64,000 nt of DNA from Rhodanobacter sp. (GCA_022730295.1 DZCM01000001.1:1168-65167); one strand, 5' to 3'. Numbered from the stretch's first letter, positions 31,456 through 40,854 are shown. Numbers and translations: made by a program. The notes: generated from the sequence alone by a model not told the origin.

Positions 31456-32739
31456 ATGATTCAGCAAACCCGCCGCGTGGCCGTGCTGGGCGGCACCCGT
31501 ATCCCGTTCTGCAAGCGCGACACCGCGTATTCCGATCTCGGCAACTTCGGGATGTCGGTGAAGGTGTTGGGTGCGCTGGTCGAGAAGTTCGGGCTGCAGG
31601 GCATGGAACTCGGGGAAGTCGCCTTCGGCGCGGTGATGAAGCATCCTGCCGACTGGAACCTCGCGCGCGAAGTGCTGCAATCCTCAGGCCTTGCAATGAC
31701 CACGCCAGGCCTCACCACCGCGCGTGCCTGCGGCACCTCGCTCGACAACGCGATCCTCGTCGCGCAGAAAATCGCAACCGGACAAATCGAGGCCGGCATC
31801 GGCGGCGGCTCGGACACCACCAGCCAGGTACCGCTGACGTATTCGAACCGGCTGCAGCAGCGCTTGTTGGATTTGAATCGCGCGCGCTCGTTCGGCCAGA
31901 AGTTGCGCGCCGCGACACGTGGGTTCCGCCTGCGCGAACTGAAGCCACAAGTACCGGGCGTGGTCGAACCGCGCAGCGGCCTGTCGATGGGCCAGCATTG
32001 CGAGAAGATGGCGCGCGAATGGAAGATCGGCCGGGCGGCGCAAGACGAGTGGGCGCTGGCGAGCCACCAGAAACTTGCTGCCGCCTACGACGCCGGTTTC
32101 TTCGATGACCTGGTGGTACCGTTCCGCGAAGTCTCTCGCGACAACCTGCTGCGCGCCGACACCACGCTTGACAAGCTTGCCTCGCTCAAGCCCGCGTTCG
32201 ATCGCAAATCGGGCCAAGGTACCTTGACGGCGGGAAATTCCTCGGCGCTCTCCGATGGTGCGTCAGCCGTGTTGCTGGCGAGTGAAGATTGGGCGCGCGC
32301 GCGCAATCTGCCGGTGCTGGCGTATCTCGTCGACGCGGAAGTCGCCGGCGTCGACTACGTGCACGGCGAGGGCTTGTTGATGGCGCCGACCATCGCCGCA
32401 CCGCGCATGCTGCAACGCGCGGGCTTGACGCTGCAGGATTTCGACTACTACGAAATCCATGAAGCCTTCGCGGCACAGGTGCTGTGCCAGTTGCGGGCGT
32501 GGGAATCGGCCGACTATTGCAGGAACCGCTTGGGCCTTGACGCGCCCTTGGGTTCAATCGACCCGGCGAAAATCAACGTCAACGGTTCCAGCCTCGCCAC
32601 CGGGCATCCATTCGCCGCAACCGGCGCGCGGATCGTGGCGACACTCGCAAAAATGCTGGCACAAAAGGGCTCGGGCCGCGGGCTGATTTCGATATGCACG
32701 GCGGGCGGCATGGGCGTGGTGGCGATTCTGGAACGTTAG
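31456..32739 (+). CDS. Acetyl-CoA C-acyltransferase (thiolase)
   Basis: ATG 31456 preceded by the AAGGAG RBS (31443-31448). Active-site contexts ARACGTSL, NGSSLATGHPFAATGAR and CTAGGMG. The 636-aa track ORF is an over-extension. Confidence 0.9.
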   Translation: MIQQTRRVAVLGGTRIPFCKRDTAYSDLGNFGMSVKVLGALVEKFGLQGMELGEVAFGAVMKHPADWNLAREVLQSSGLAMTTPGLTTARACGTSLDNAILVAQKIATGQIEAGIGGGSDTTSQVPLTYSNRLQQRLLDLNRARSFGQKLRAATRGFRLRELKPQVPGVVEPRSGLSMGQHCEKMAREWKIGRAAQDEWALASHQKLAAAYDAGFFDDLVVPFREVSRDNLLRADTTLDKLASLKPAFDRKSGQGTLTAGNSSALSDGASAVLLASEDWARARNLPVLAYLVDAEVAGVDYVHGEGLLMAPTIAAPRMLQRAGLTLQDFDYYEIHEAFAAQVLCQLRAWESADYCRNRLGLDAPLGSIDPAKINVNGSSLATGHPFAATGARIVATLAKMLAQKGSGRGLISICTAGGMGVVAILER

Positions 32740-32996
32740 CGGGGTGCTGAAAATCAGCGGGCCATGGATGTTCCGCCGCAAATCAAGCAACGCAAGCGCT
32801 GGATCCGGCGAAGCCGGGTCCGGAGATACGCCGGTCTCGGCGCGTTGACTGCGCCCGAGGAGCGACGCGAACAGCGCAGCTGGCCCGTAGGGCGAGCGCC
32901 AGGGACGGCGCGAGCAAAGCGTGCAGAGCCCGCCCCGGACTTGATCCGGGGACAGCACGTTTTCAACCACCTGCTAGCAAGAACACCCGTCTCTGC

Positions 32997-33067
32997 CACG
33001 GATCAACTCGGATTGACACGGACAAGCGCGGATAAAAAGTATCCGTGTGAATCCGTGCAAATCCGTG
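32997..33067. repeat. Symmetric array of 10-bp-phased heptamers: 4 x CNCGGA(T/C), then 3 x ATCCGTG
   Basis: Left-arm copies start at 32997, 33007, 33017 and 33027. Right-arm copies start at 33041, 33051 and 33061. The array is centred on an A-rich core and lies between the convergent thiolase and DUF1232 genes. Confidence 0.75.
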
Positions 33068-33120
33068 GTCAAAACGCCTACGTTTGGGTATACCGCGACG
33101 GCGTGAACGGGCGTCGACGC

Positions 33121-33693
33121 TCAGCCGATCTTGAACAGCGTCGGCTTCCACGCGCCACTGGCATAGGATTCCCGGCGGCGACGGTGCATGCGGGCAATCG
33201 CCTCGGCAGCGCGGGCATCGGCCCAGTCGGTGCGCTGCACCATCAGCGTCGCGGGATCTTCGCCGCGTGAACGGGCTTCTTCATCGCGCCACACGCAGAA
33301 ATCGTCGTAGGCTTCAATTTCGAATTGCAAATCCTGCCGGCACAACTCGATCATGATGGCGTCGTCGAGGAAACCCAGCACCGGTACCTCGTCCGGAATC
33401 GCATCCATCGGATCGGCAAGATACGCCAGGGCCGCCAACACCCGCTTGCGGTCATCGTCGGGCAGGCCGAACCCGGCGTCCTTGGCCATCGAAATCAACG
33501 ACTCCACGCTACCGAGACGCTCGGCAATGAACGGCGGCGGCTTGGTGCCACTTGACTGTTCAAGCAGCGCTTGCGCGGCAAGGATGACCTCGCCGGGATC
33601 ACGATCGGCGATTTTGCTCTCGACATCGTGCATGCCCTTGATGAAGAACTGCAGGTCGTCATCGCTCAGCTGGATGTTGATGTCCATGGGCAT
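33121..33693 (-). CDS. DUF1232 (YkvA-family) domain protein
   Basis: LAYLADPMDAIPDEVPVLGFLDDAIMI matches the DUF1232 signature. 190 aa. Confidence 0.65.
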   Translation of the reverse strand: MPMDINIQLSDDDLQFFIKGMHDVESKIADRDPGEVILAAQALLEQSSGTKPPPFIAERLGSVESLISMAKDAGFGLPDDDRKRVLAALAYLADPMDAIPDEVPVLGFLDDAIMIELCRQDLQFEIEAYDDFCVWRDEEARSRGEDPATLMVQRTDWADARAAEAIARMHRRRRESYASGAWKPTLFKIG

Positions 33694-33761
33694 GGCAGTA
33701 ACCTTGTCTGGATGGCTAGTTGGCCAGCCTAGCGACAGGGCCGGTTGCCGTCAATCGGGCG

Positions 33762-35597
33762 TCACAGGATTCCCTGGATGCCGGCCCCGAACGCGACCAC
33801 GAAGCGCGCGGCGATCGCCGTGAGCGAGAGGTTCACTTCGGGGAAGTCGCCAACCGGCTCCCAGTTGTCGAGGAAGGCCGGATCGTTGGCCGCCACCGGC
33901 GTGCCGCCGGGCTTCAACTGGTAATCGGTGGAGTAAGCCCACGGCCAGATGTCGAAGATCGGCAGCTGCCGCGACAGGTCGCCGATGACCTGGCTGGCAT
34001 CACCGATGATCGGAATGGGGTGCCGCGGCGCCACCAGCCAGGCGTTGCGTGGCGCGGCGTCACGCAGGATCGCGGCGCGCAATTGCCCGGCGAACACCGG
34101 GTCGGGAATGATCACGCCCGACTCGGTGTTGTAGTTGGCCGAGCGCGGATCGAAATTGTGCGAGCCAACCATGCCGATCTTGTCGTCCACCACCAACGAT
34201 TTTGCATGCAAGCTGATGCGCGGCCCGGGGTTGCCGGGCTCGATCGGCGCGCGCCCGCCGCGGTGCGGCGACGAGGTTTCCGAGCCGATTCCGGACAACC
34301 GCGCATAGTCGCCCAGCATCTCGGCGGCGGCGGCCGGGTGCGGCATCAGTTCATGGATCTGGAAGCCGTAGTCGACCAGGAATTTCTTGTGGTGCTTGTA
34401 GGTGAGCGCGTACACCGGCATGGCATCGGTCGTGGCCAGCGAATTGGTGGAAACGATCACCTGTACCGGCGGTTGCTTCTTCTGCAATTTCCGGAAGATC
34501 CTGCCGGCGCGACGCGTCAGCACGAGGTAGGGCGTCTGCAGCACGATCTGGTTTTGCGCACCGGCAATCATCGTCATCAAGTCGCGGGTCAATTCGCGCG
34601 AGTCCGGGCCATGCACGGCCTTGGCCTTGGACGGCAGGTCGTAGAAGTAATCAACCAGCCCTACGTTGAGGCTGTGGCTGACAAGGTTGGCCTGCAGCCA
34701 GGCCGGGTCTTCGGCCCGGGCGCGCATCCTCGCAACGCGTTGCGGGTCGGCGAACACAGGTTCCGTCCACGGCTCGGCGTCGAACGGATGGCGCAGGATT
34801 TCAGCGTTGACGTCGCGCAAGTGGGTCAGCGGCACCGCGCGCTTGGTGTGCCAGAAGATCCTGAAACTTTTCGCCATCTGCGCGCCGGCCGGACCTGCGA
34901 CGATCACGTCGCGGTCGAGGAAATCCATCTGCGGATCCCAGTCGAAATACGCGTCCTGGTAATTGCGGCCGCCGACGATGCCGACTTTGCCGTCCACCAG
35001 GAACAGCTTGTTGTGCATGCGCTGGTTGAACTTGTTGAAGCAGCACAGCAAGCTGGCCGCGTACTCGACGTAGTTGCTGTGCGCGGCGTCGAAGGTCGGG
35101 TTGTACAACTTGATGGTGAGGTTGCGGCTGGCTCGGGCGAGGCGCGAAAGCAGGTCCGGATCGTTCAGCGAACTCAACTGGTCGGCGAGGATGCGCACCT
35201 TCACGCCGCGCCGCGCCGCCTTCACCAGTTCGTCCAGCACCAGCATGCCGGCGTCGTCGCGCGCCCAGATGTAGGTCTGGATGTCGATCGAGCGCTGCGC
35301 CGCACGGATCAGGTTGATGCGCGCCGCCAGTGCGTTCTGGCCGATGTTGAGCAGGGTGACCGTGTTGTGCGGCTGGGCGGGCGTGGATGCGGCGATCGCG
35401 GCATCGGCCTGCGCCATGAAGGGCGAGGGCTCCGCGCAGCGATCGGCACGCGCGCAATCGACCCAGCTGTCATCGGAAACCGCGACGATGCGATCCGCGT
35501 GCTGGATGCGTTTGGGCGACAGCGGTACGCAGCCGGCCAGCAACAGCACCAGCAGGGTGAGCCAGCATCCGGATTTTGCCGTCAGGCTCCTTGGCAT
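33762..35597 (-). CDS. Phospholipase D-family lipoprotein (two HKD motifs)
   Basis: ATG 35597 gives a lipobox LLLAGC. HKD motifs MHNKLFLVDGKVGIVGGRN and LHAKSLVVDDKIGMVGSHN. Confidence 0.85.
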   Translation of the reverse strand: MPRSLTAKSGCWLTLLVLLLAGCVPLSPKRIQHADRIVAVSDDSWVDCARADRCAEPSPFMAQADAAIAASTPAQPHNTVTLLNIGQNALAARINLIRAAQRSIDIQTYIWARDDAGMLVLDELVKAARRGVKVRILADQLSSLNDPDLLSRLARASRNLTIKLYNPTFDAAHSNYVEYAASLLCCFNKFNQRMHNKLFLVDGKVGIVGGRNYQDAYFDWDPQMDFLDRDVIVAGPAGAQMAKSFRIFWHTKRAVPLTHLRDVNAEILRHPFDAEPWTEPVFADPQRVARMRARAEDPAWLQANLVSHSLNVGLVDYFYDLPSKAKAVHGPDSRELTRDLMTMIAGAQNQIVLQTPYLVLTRRAGRIFRKLQKKQPPVQVIVSTNSLATTDAMPVYALTYKHHKKFLVDYGFQIHELMPHPAAAAEMLGDYARLSGIGSETSSPHRGGRAPIEPGNPGPRISLHAKSLVVDDKIGMVGSHNFDPRSANYNTESGVIIPDPVFAGQLRAAILRDAAPRNAWLVAPRHPIPIIGDASQVIGDLSRQLPIFDIWPWAYSTDYQLKPGGTPVAANDPAFLDNWEPVGDFPEVNLSLTAIAARFVVAFGAGIQGIL

Positions 35598-35641
35598 CCG
35601 CTCAATGATACGGGACCCACCGGGCGCGCGGCGCACACCGC

Positions 35642-36238
35642 TCACGGGTGATTGCAATCCAGGCACGGCAACAGCACGATCCGCAGGCGCAGTTCGACCT
35701 TGTCGCCCACGATTCCGCGCCAGGCATGCATGCCAAAATCGCTGCGCGACAAGCTGCCCGACACATGGATCACGCACAACAACGGTTGTTTGGGACATTC
35801 GGAGGCTTGCAGTGAGAAGGTGACCGGACGGTGCACGCCGTGCAGCAGCAACATGCCGCGCACGGCGCCCCCGGTCGCCAGCTCGGCCAACGGAAACGGA
35901 TCGGAATCAAAGCGGGCGAGCGGAAAACGCGCGGCATCGAAGAAGCGCGGTCCGAGCGTGGGCTGGCGCGCCGCGTGATCGTCCATCAGCAAGCCGGCGA
36001 CATCAATGCTGGCGGTCACTGCAGCCAGATCGTCGCCGGACGCGGTGTCGATCTGGCGCAGCGTGCCTTGCAACTGTGGAAAGGTGCCCCGCGCGTGCGC
36101 GAACCAAAACTTGCGCACGCTGAACCTGGCTTGCGAGCGGGCCGAATCCAGCGGCCACGTTTGGCTTCCGGCAGCGGGTGCAGCGAGCGGCGCCAGGCAC
36201 GGCAACAGCAAGGCCAGCGCCAGCACCGCACGAATCAC
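35642..36238 (-). CDS. YceI-family periplasmic protein
   Basis: GTG 36238 overlaps the sixA stop (GTGA) and gives the signal peptide VIRAVLALALLLPCLAPLAAPAAG. YceI-like FSVRKFWFAHARGTF. Confidence 0.7.
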   Translation of the reverse strand: MIRAVLALALLLPCLAPLAAPAAGSQTWPLDSARSQARFSVRKFWFAHARGTFPQLQGTLRQIDTASGDDLAAVTASIDVAGLLMDDHAARQPTLGPRFFDAARFPLARFDSDPFPLAELATGGAVRGMLLLHGVHRPVTFSLQASECPKQPLLCVIHVSGSLSRSDFGMHAWRGIVGDKVELRLRIVLLPCLDCNHP

Positions 36239-36711
36239 GGCGACCAGAAATGCCGCAGCTGGCCGTGGCCGGGTTCGAGCGTGTCGTCGTCCAGCCGGAT
36301 CCACGCCAACGCCGCCGGGGCCATGCCGCGGGCCTCGCTGGAGCGGCCTTCGGTCAGCAGCGCCAGCAGTTGCTCCATACCGGGATTGTGGCCGACCAGC
36401 AGCACCTGATGCGCGTCCGGAGCATGGCTCTCGATCAGGTCCAGCAACTCCCCCGGCGAGGCCTGATACAGCGCCGGCAGGAACCGCGGTTGCGGCATGC
36501 GCAACACCTTGCCCACGGCATCCGCGGTCATCTGGGCGCGACGCGCCGATGAACAAAGCACCGCGTCGGGCGCCGCGCCTTGTTCGGCCAACCAGGTACC
36601 GGCGGCGCGCGCCTGCGCTTCACCGTGCAAACTCAGCGGCCGCTCGCTGTCGCGGCTGTCGGGGCCACCCTGCATCGGTTCGGCATGCCGCAACAACAAG
36701 ACTTCACGCAT
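36235..36711 (-). CDS. sixA: Phosphohistidine phosphatase SixA
   Basis: MREVLLLRHAEP (RHA catalytic motif) and LLVGHNPG. 158 aa. Confidence 0.85.
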   Translation of the reverse strand: MREVLLLRHAEPMQGGPDSRDSERPLSLHGEAQARAAGTWLAEQGAAPDAVLCSSARRAQMTADAVGKVLRMPQPRFLPALYQASPGELLDLIESHAPDAHQVLLVGHNPGMEQLLALLTEGRSSEARGMAPAALAWIRLDDDTLEPGHGQLRHFWSP

Positions 36712-36723
36712 GTTGGGATCTAC

Positions 36724-37833
36724 TCATGGATTGGAACCGCCGGCGGCTGCCGGCTGGAACGTGGCGGGGGCTTCTGTTGGAACGTGATTATCGCGCAGCG
36801 TCGCCAGGATCAGGCTCAATTCGGTGCCGCCATGGCTGGCGTTGGCCAGCCACTGCGCAGCCAGCGTGGGATCGACCAGGGCATGCTGCAGCAGGGCCGA
36901 ATATTGCTGGATCTGCCAGGCGAGATTGCGCGTGGCCTCGTCAGCTTGGCCTTTGGCATCAGGCTCGAGCGTGCCTTGCAGATGCAATCCCGCCGCGCGT
37001 GCGACCGGACTGGAACCCCATTGCAGGGTGTGCGCGAGCTTCAGACAGCCGGCCTTGCGCGCAGCGTCCATGCCGTCCGCCTGCGGATCGCACAGCTGCA
37101 GCACCGGGTCGAGATTCGGGCGCGGATAGTTGCCGGTGCCCGTGATCGCGACCAGCACGCGCACGCCCGCGGGGTTGTCGGGCTGCCCGTCGTGGGCACC
37201 CTCCATGGTGTCGGCCAAAGGCGGCAACACCTGCAGCGCGGTGGTGGTGCCCGCCAGCGCTTTGCCGTAGTAGTCGTCGTACGCGGTTGCCGCGGCAGCC
37301 TTGGTGAGCGCCGCCAGCTCGGCCTTGCTGTCCTTGTCGGCAGCCGCGAGATCCAGCGCCACCAGCCATACCGCGGCGTTGCCGGCAGCGTCTTGCTGGA
37401 GGTGCTTGTAGGCCTCGGCGTTCGGGCAATCGGACTTGTCACTGCAAAGCCCGAGGCGCAACCACCACGTCGCGGGGCCGGCTCCTGGCGCACCGCTGGC
37501 GCGTGCGCTCAAGGCGTTGAAGCTGAGCGCCGCGATTTGATTCTTGAAGGGGCGCGTCAACAAGGCGGCACCCAGCAGGTAGTCCGGGTCGGCGCGCAGC
37601 GCCGCCACGTTCACCACGTCCTTCTGAAACTGGTGGATCGCATCGACGCGCTTCTGGTCGGCGGGTGCGATTTGCGGTTCCGCTGCCGGCTCTGATGCCG
37701 TGGATGCGGGCGCGGGCGCGCTGGTCGCTGGCTCTGGCGCAGGCGCAAGGAGTTGTGCGCGGGCAGGCGTGGCAATCGTTCCCGCGAGCAGCAGCAAGGT
37801 GAGCGAGACGGCGATGCAGGCAGTGTGGCGCAT
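36724..37833 (-). CDS. Secreted protein of unknown function
   Basis: Signal peptide MRHTACIAVSLTLLLLAGTIATPARA, then a Pro/Ala-rich linker and four Cys residues. I recognise no family. Confidence 0.6.
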   Translation of the reverse strand: MRHTACIAVSLTLLLLAGTIATPARAQLLAPAPEPATSAPAPASTASEPAAEPQIAPADQKRVDAIHQFQKDVVNVAALRADPDYLLGAALLTRPFKNQIAALSFNALSARASGAPGAGPATWWLRLGLCSDKSDCPNAEAYKHLQQDAAGNAAVWLVALDLAAADKDSKAELAALTKAAAATAYDDYYGKALAGTTTALQVLPPLADTMEGAHDGQPDNPAGVRVLVAITGTGNYPRPNLDPVLQLCDPQADGMDAARKAGCLKLAHTLQWGSSPVARAAGLHLQGTLEPDAKGQADEATRNLAWQIQQYSALLQHALVDPTLAAQWLANASHGGTELSLILATLRDNHVPTEAPATFQPAAAGGSNP

Positions 37834-37921
37834 GGAGAATTCCAGGGCGGCGGTTGGTTGAGGCTAATGGTGTCGCATGAACTCTGGCCAGCCAGACGCA
37901 GGCAGACCAGAGCCGGCGTCT

Positions 37922-38776
37922 TCAGGTGCCCAGCGCCGCGCGCATGAATTCAGGTTCGGCCAGCGCGCCGCGATGAATGCCGGCGTTGTAATAACGCGTC
38001 GCGAAAGGCTTGTTCGCGGCATCGTGTTCGCGGAAACCGTCGAACGGCGCGCCCTTGCGCGCCATGGTGCAACTCCACCAGCCGGTCGGGTAGCACGGCT
38101 GCGGGAACGGCAGGGTGCGCGTGGCGGCAAAGCCGACGCCGCGCATTTCCTTGTGCATCGACTTGATGAGATCCAGCAGCACCAGGGGCGATTCCGATTG
38201 CTGGATGAGAATCCCGCCCGCGCGCAACGCCCGGAAGCAGCTGGCGTAGAACTTCGCGTTGAACAAGCCTTCCGCCGGCCCCACCGGGTCGGTGGAATCC
38301 ACGATCACGACGTCGAGCGAGGCGGGCGCCGCATCGGCCATGTACTTGATGCCGTCATCGAACAGCAGTTGCGCGCGCGGGTCGGCGTTGGATTCGCACA
38401 ACTCGGGGAAATACTTTTCGGCCAGCCGGGTCACGCGCTCGTCGATGTCGATCTGCACCACCGATTCGACTTCCGGATGCTTGAGCACCTCGCGCAGGGT
38501 GCCGCAATCGCCGCCGCCAATGATCGCGATGTTCTTCGGCGCGGCGTGGGTGTAGAGCACCGGGTGGGTCATCATTTCGTGATACAGGAAATTGTCGCGC
38601 GTGGTCAACATGGTGCAGCCGTCGATCACCATCAGGTTGCCCCAGTCAGTGGTCGCGTAAATTTCGATGTGCTGAAACGGCGTTTGTTCCTCGGCAAGCT
38701 TGCCGGTAATGCGATAACCGATCGCGGAGCCGGACGATACGTGCTGCTCGGTGAACCAGTTGCTGGACGCGGACAT
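37922..38776 (-). CDS. speE: Spermidine synthase (polyamine aminopropyltransferase)
   Basis: LYHEMMTHP and IIGGGDCGTLREVLKH motifs. ATG 38776; the track start at 38782 is a TTG. Confidence 0.9.
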   Translation of the reverse strand: MSASSNWFTEQHVSSGSAIGYRITGKLAEEQTPFQHIEIYATTDWGNLMVIDGCTMLTTRDNFLYHEMMTHPVLYTHAAPKNIAIIGGGDCGTLREVLKHPEVESVVQIDIDERVTRLAEKYFPELCESNADPRAQLLFDDGIKYMADAAPASLDVVIVDSTDPVGPAEGLFNAKFYASCFRALRAGGILIQQSESPLVLLDLIKSMHKEMRGVGFAATRTLPFPQPCYPTGWWSCTMARKGAPFDGFREHDAANKPFATRYYNAGIHRGALAEPEFMRAALGT

Positions 38777-38803
38777 GTGCAAAACCCGGATGGCGAACGG
38801 CCG

Positions 38804-38838
38804 ATTGTAACGGCCAGCCGCGCGCTACGCGTTACAAT
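38804..38838. promoter_or_regulatory. AT-rich perfect 9-bp inverted repeat ATTGTAACG-N17-CGTTACAAT in the speE/speA divergent spacer
   Basis: Read directly from the sequence. It is the only AT-rich dyad in this 166-bp spacer. Confidence 0.4.
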
Positions 38839-38942
38839 GGCAGCAGTCGATCCCGCGGCGAAGCTGGCTTCCGATCGACGACTGCCCTGCGTCAAGGCCC
38901 GCCGCTGCGACGTTCTGACACCTCGTTATCCGGAGAGTCTCG

Positions 38943-40844
38943 ATGACGAACGCCTGGAACGTGGCGGCTGCCCGTGACACCTGGTCCGTCGCCCACTGGA
39001 GCGACGGCTACGTCGATATCGGCGACGACGGTCGCGCCGTGATGCGCCCGCGCGGCGCGGTGGGCCCCGTGATTGCGCTCGACGACGCGGTTGCGCGCGC
39101 GAAAGAGCAAGGTCTGCGCCTGCCGCTGCTGCTGCGCTTTCCCGACATCCTGCTGGATCGGCGCGCCCGCCTGCGCGCAGCGTTCGCTGGCGCGATGCGC
39201 ACGCACGGCTACCCCGGCGGCTATACCGCGCTGTATCCGATCAAGGTCAACCAGCAGCGCGCGGTGGCGGAAACGCTGGCGCAAGGTCCGCTCTCGCCAC
39301 GCGCGGCGGGTACGGGCTTCGGCTTGGAAGCCGGTTCCAAACCGGAATTGCTGGCGGTGCTGGGGCTGGCGCAACCAGGTTCGCTGGTGGTGTGCAACGG
39401 CTACAAGGATGCCGACTACATCCGCCTCGCCTTGATCGGCCGCAAGCTCGGCATCGATGTCGTCATCGTGATCGAGAAGCCGTCTGAACTCGACCACGTG
39501 ATCGAGCAATCGCGCGCACTCGGCGTCGAGCCGAAACTGGGCGTGCGCGTGCGACTGGCGTCGCTCGGCGCCGGCAAGTGGCAGAACACCGGTGGTGACA
39601 AGAGCAAGTTCGGGCTCACGCCGGCGCAATTGCTCGCGCTGGTCCAGCGCCTGCGCGATGCAAATCTGACACACACCATGCGCCTTTTGCATTTCCACAT
39701 GGGCTCACAGATTTCCAACCTGCGCGACATCTCGGCAGGCATGCGCGAGGCAGTACGGCATTTTGCCGAGCTGCGCGCGGCCGGTCTGCCACTGGACCAG
39801 GTGGACGTCGGCGGCGGGCTTGGTGTCGACTACGAAGGCACGCGCTCGCGCGGCGAGTGTTCGATCAACTACGACCTCGACCAATACGCCAACGCGATCG
39901 TGGCGCCGCTGGCGGCCGCGTGCGCGGAATGGCAACTCGAACCGCCGCACGTGCTCACCGAATCCGGGCGTGCGATGACCGCGCACCATGCAGTGCTGGT
40001 TGTCAACGTCAGCGAAGTCGAGGCCGCGCCCGATGGCGCGGTGCCGGCGGTTGCCGAGGGTGAAGCGCCGGTGCTGCGCGCGTTGCGCGACACGCTGGCA
40101 GCACTGGATGGGCGCCCGGTGCGCGAGGTGTGGCAGGACGCGCAGCAATACTTGAACGAGGGCCAGTTGCTGTACGCGCAGGGCGCGCTCGATCTTTCGC
40201 AGCGCGCAACGCTCGACGCGTTGTTCCACGCGATCGCGCTGGGCGTGCGCGCACGGCTCAAACCTGACGAACGTTCGCACCGCGAGATCATCGACGCGCT
40301 CGACGTGAAGCTGGTCGACAAGTATTTCTGCAATTTTTCGGTGTTCGAGTCGATCCCCGACGTGTGGGCGATCAAGCAGATCTTCCCGATCATGCCGCTC
40401 ACAAGGCTGGACGAAGAACCGACGCGGCGCGGCACGCTGGCCGATCTCACCTGCGATTCCGACGGCCGCGTCGACACCTACGTCGAATCCGGCGACCTCG
40501 ACGTCAGCCTGCCGTTGCACGAGCTGCGCAAGGGCGAACCCTACCGGCTCGGGATCTTCCTCATCGGCGCGTATCAGGAAACCCTCGGCGACATCCACAA
40601 TCTGTTTGGCGACACCGACGCGGTGAACGTGCGCATCGACGACGGCGGTTTCACCCTCGACGGCGCGCGTCGCGGTGATTCTTCGGACATGCTGCTCGAC
40701 TACGTCGGTTACAAGCTCGACGCCCTGCGTGCGACCTATCGCGCCAAGATCGCCGCTGCGGATATCCGCGGCGAGTCTGCAACAGTCATCGAAGCCGCGC
40801 TGGAAGCGGGCCTCACTGGTTACACCTACTTGCGGGAAACCTGA
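38943..40844 (+). CDS. speA: Biosynthetic arginine decarboxylase
   Basis: 633 aa. Full-length similarity to SpeA (YPIKVNQQ PLP-lysine context, GGGLGVDYEG). Confidence 0.95.
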   Translation: MTNAWNVAAARDTWSVAHWSDGYVDIGDDGRAVMRPRGAVGPVIALDDAVARAKEQGLRLPLLLRFPDILLDRRARLRAAFAGAMRTHGYPGGYTALYPIKVNQQRAVAETLAQGPLSPRAAGTGFGLEAGSKPELLAVLGLAQPGSLVVCNGYKDADYIRLALIGRKLGIDVVIVIEKPSELDHVIEQSRALGVEPKLGVRVRLASLGAGKWQNTGGDKSKFGLTPAQLLALVQRLRDANLTHTMRLLHFHMGSQISNLRDISAGMREAVRHFAELRAAGLPLDQVDVGGGLGVDYEGTRSRGECSINYDLDQYANAIVAPLAAACAEWQLEPPHVLTESGRAMTAHHAVLVVNVSEVEAAPDGAVPAVAEGEAPVLRALRDTLAALDGRPVREVWQDAQQYLNEGQLLYAQGALDLSQRATLDALFHAIALGVRARLKPDERSHREIIDALDVKLVDKYFCNFSVFESIPDVWAIKQIFPIMPLTRLDEEPTRRGTLADLTCDSDGRVDTYVESGDLDVSLPLHELRKGEPYRLGIFLIGAYQETLGDIHNLFGDTDAVNVRIDDGGFTLDGARRGDSSDMLLDYVGYKLDALRATYRAKIAAADIRGESATVIEAALEAGLTGYTYLRET

Positions 40845-40854
40845 GTGCAGACGC

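Noticed and set aside
32764-33270. The 168-aa ORF spanning the convergent spacer and the heptamer array, and ORF 59466-59927 spanning the second array.
   Set aside because: Both read through repeat DNA (giving peptides such as SVQIRGQ and LIRVYSRSF), overlap the 3' ends of real genes, and have no start context or family similarity.
38805-38838. TTGTAA ... TACAAT in the speE/speA spacer, read as -35/-10 promoter hexamers.
   Set aside because: The spacer between the hexamers is about 22 bp, outside the 16-19 bp range for sigma-70 promoters. I kept it only as a possible operator dyad.
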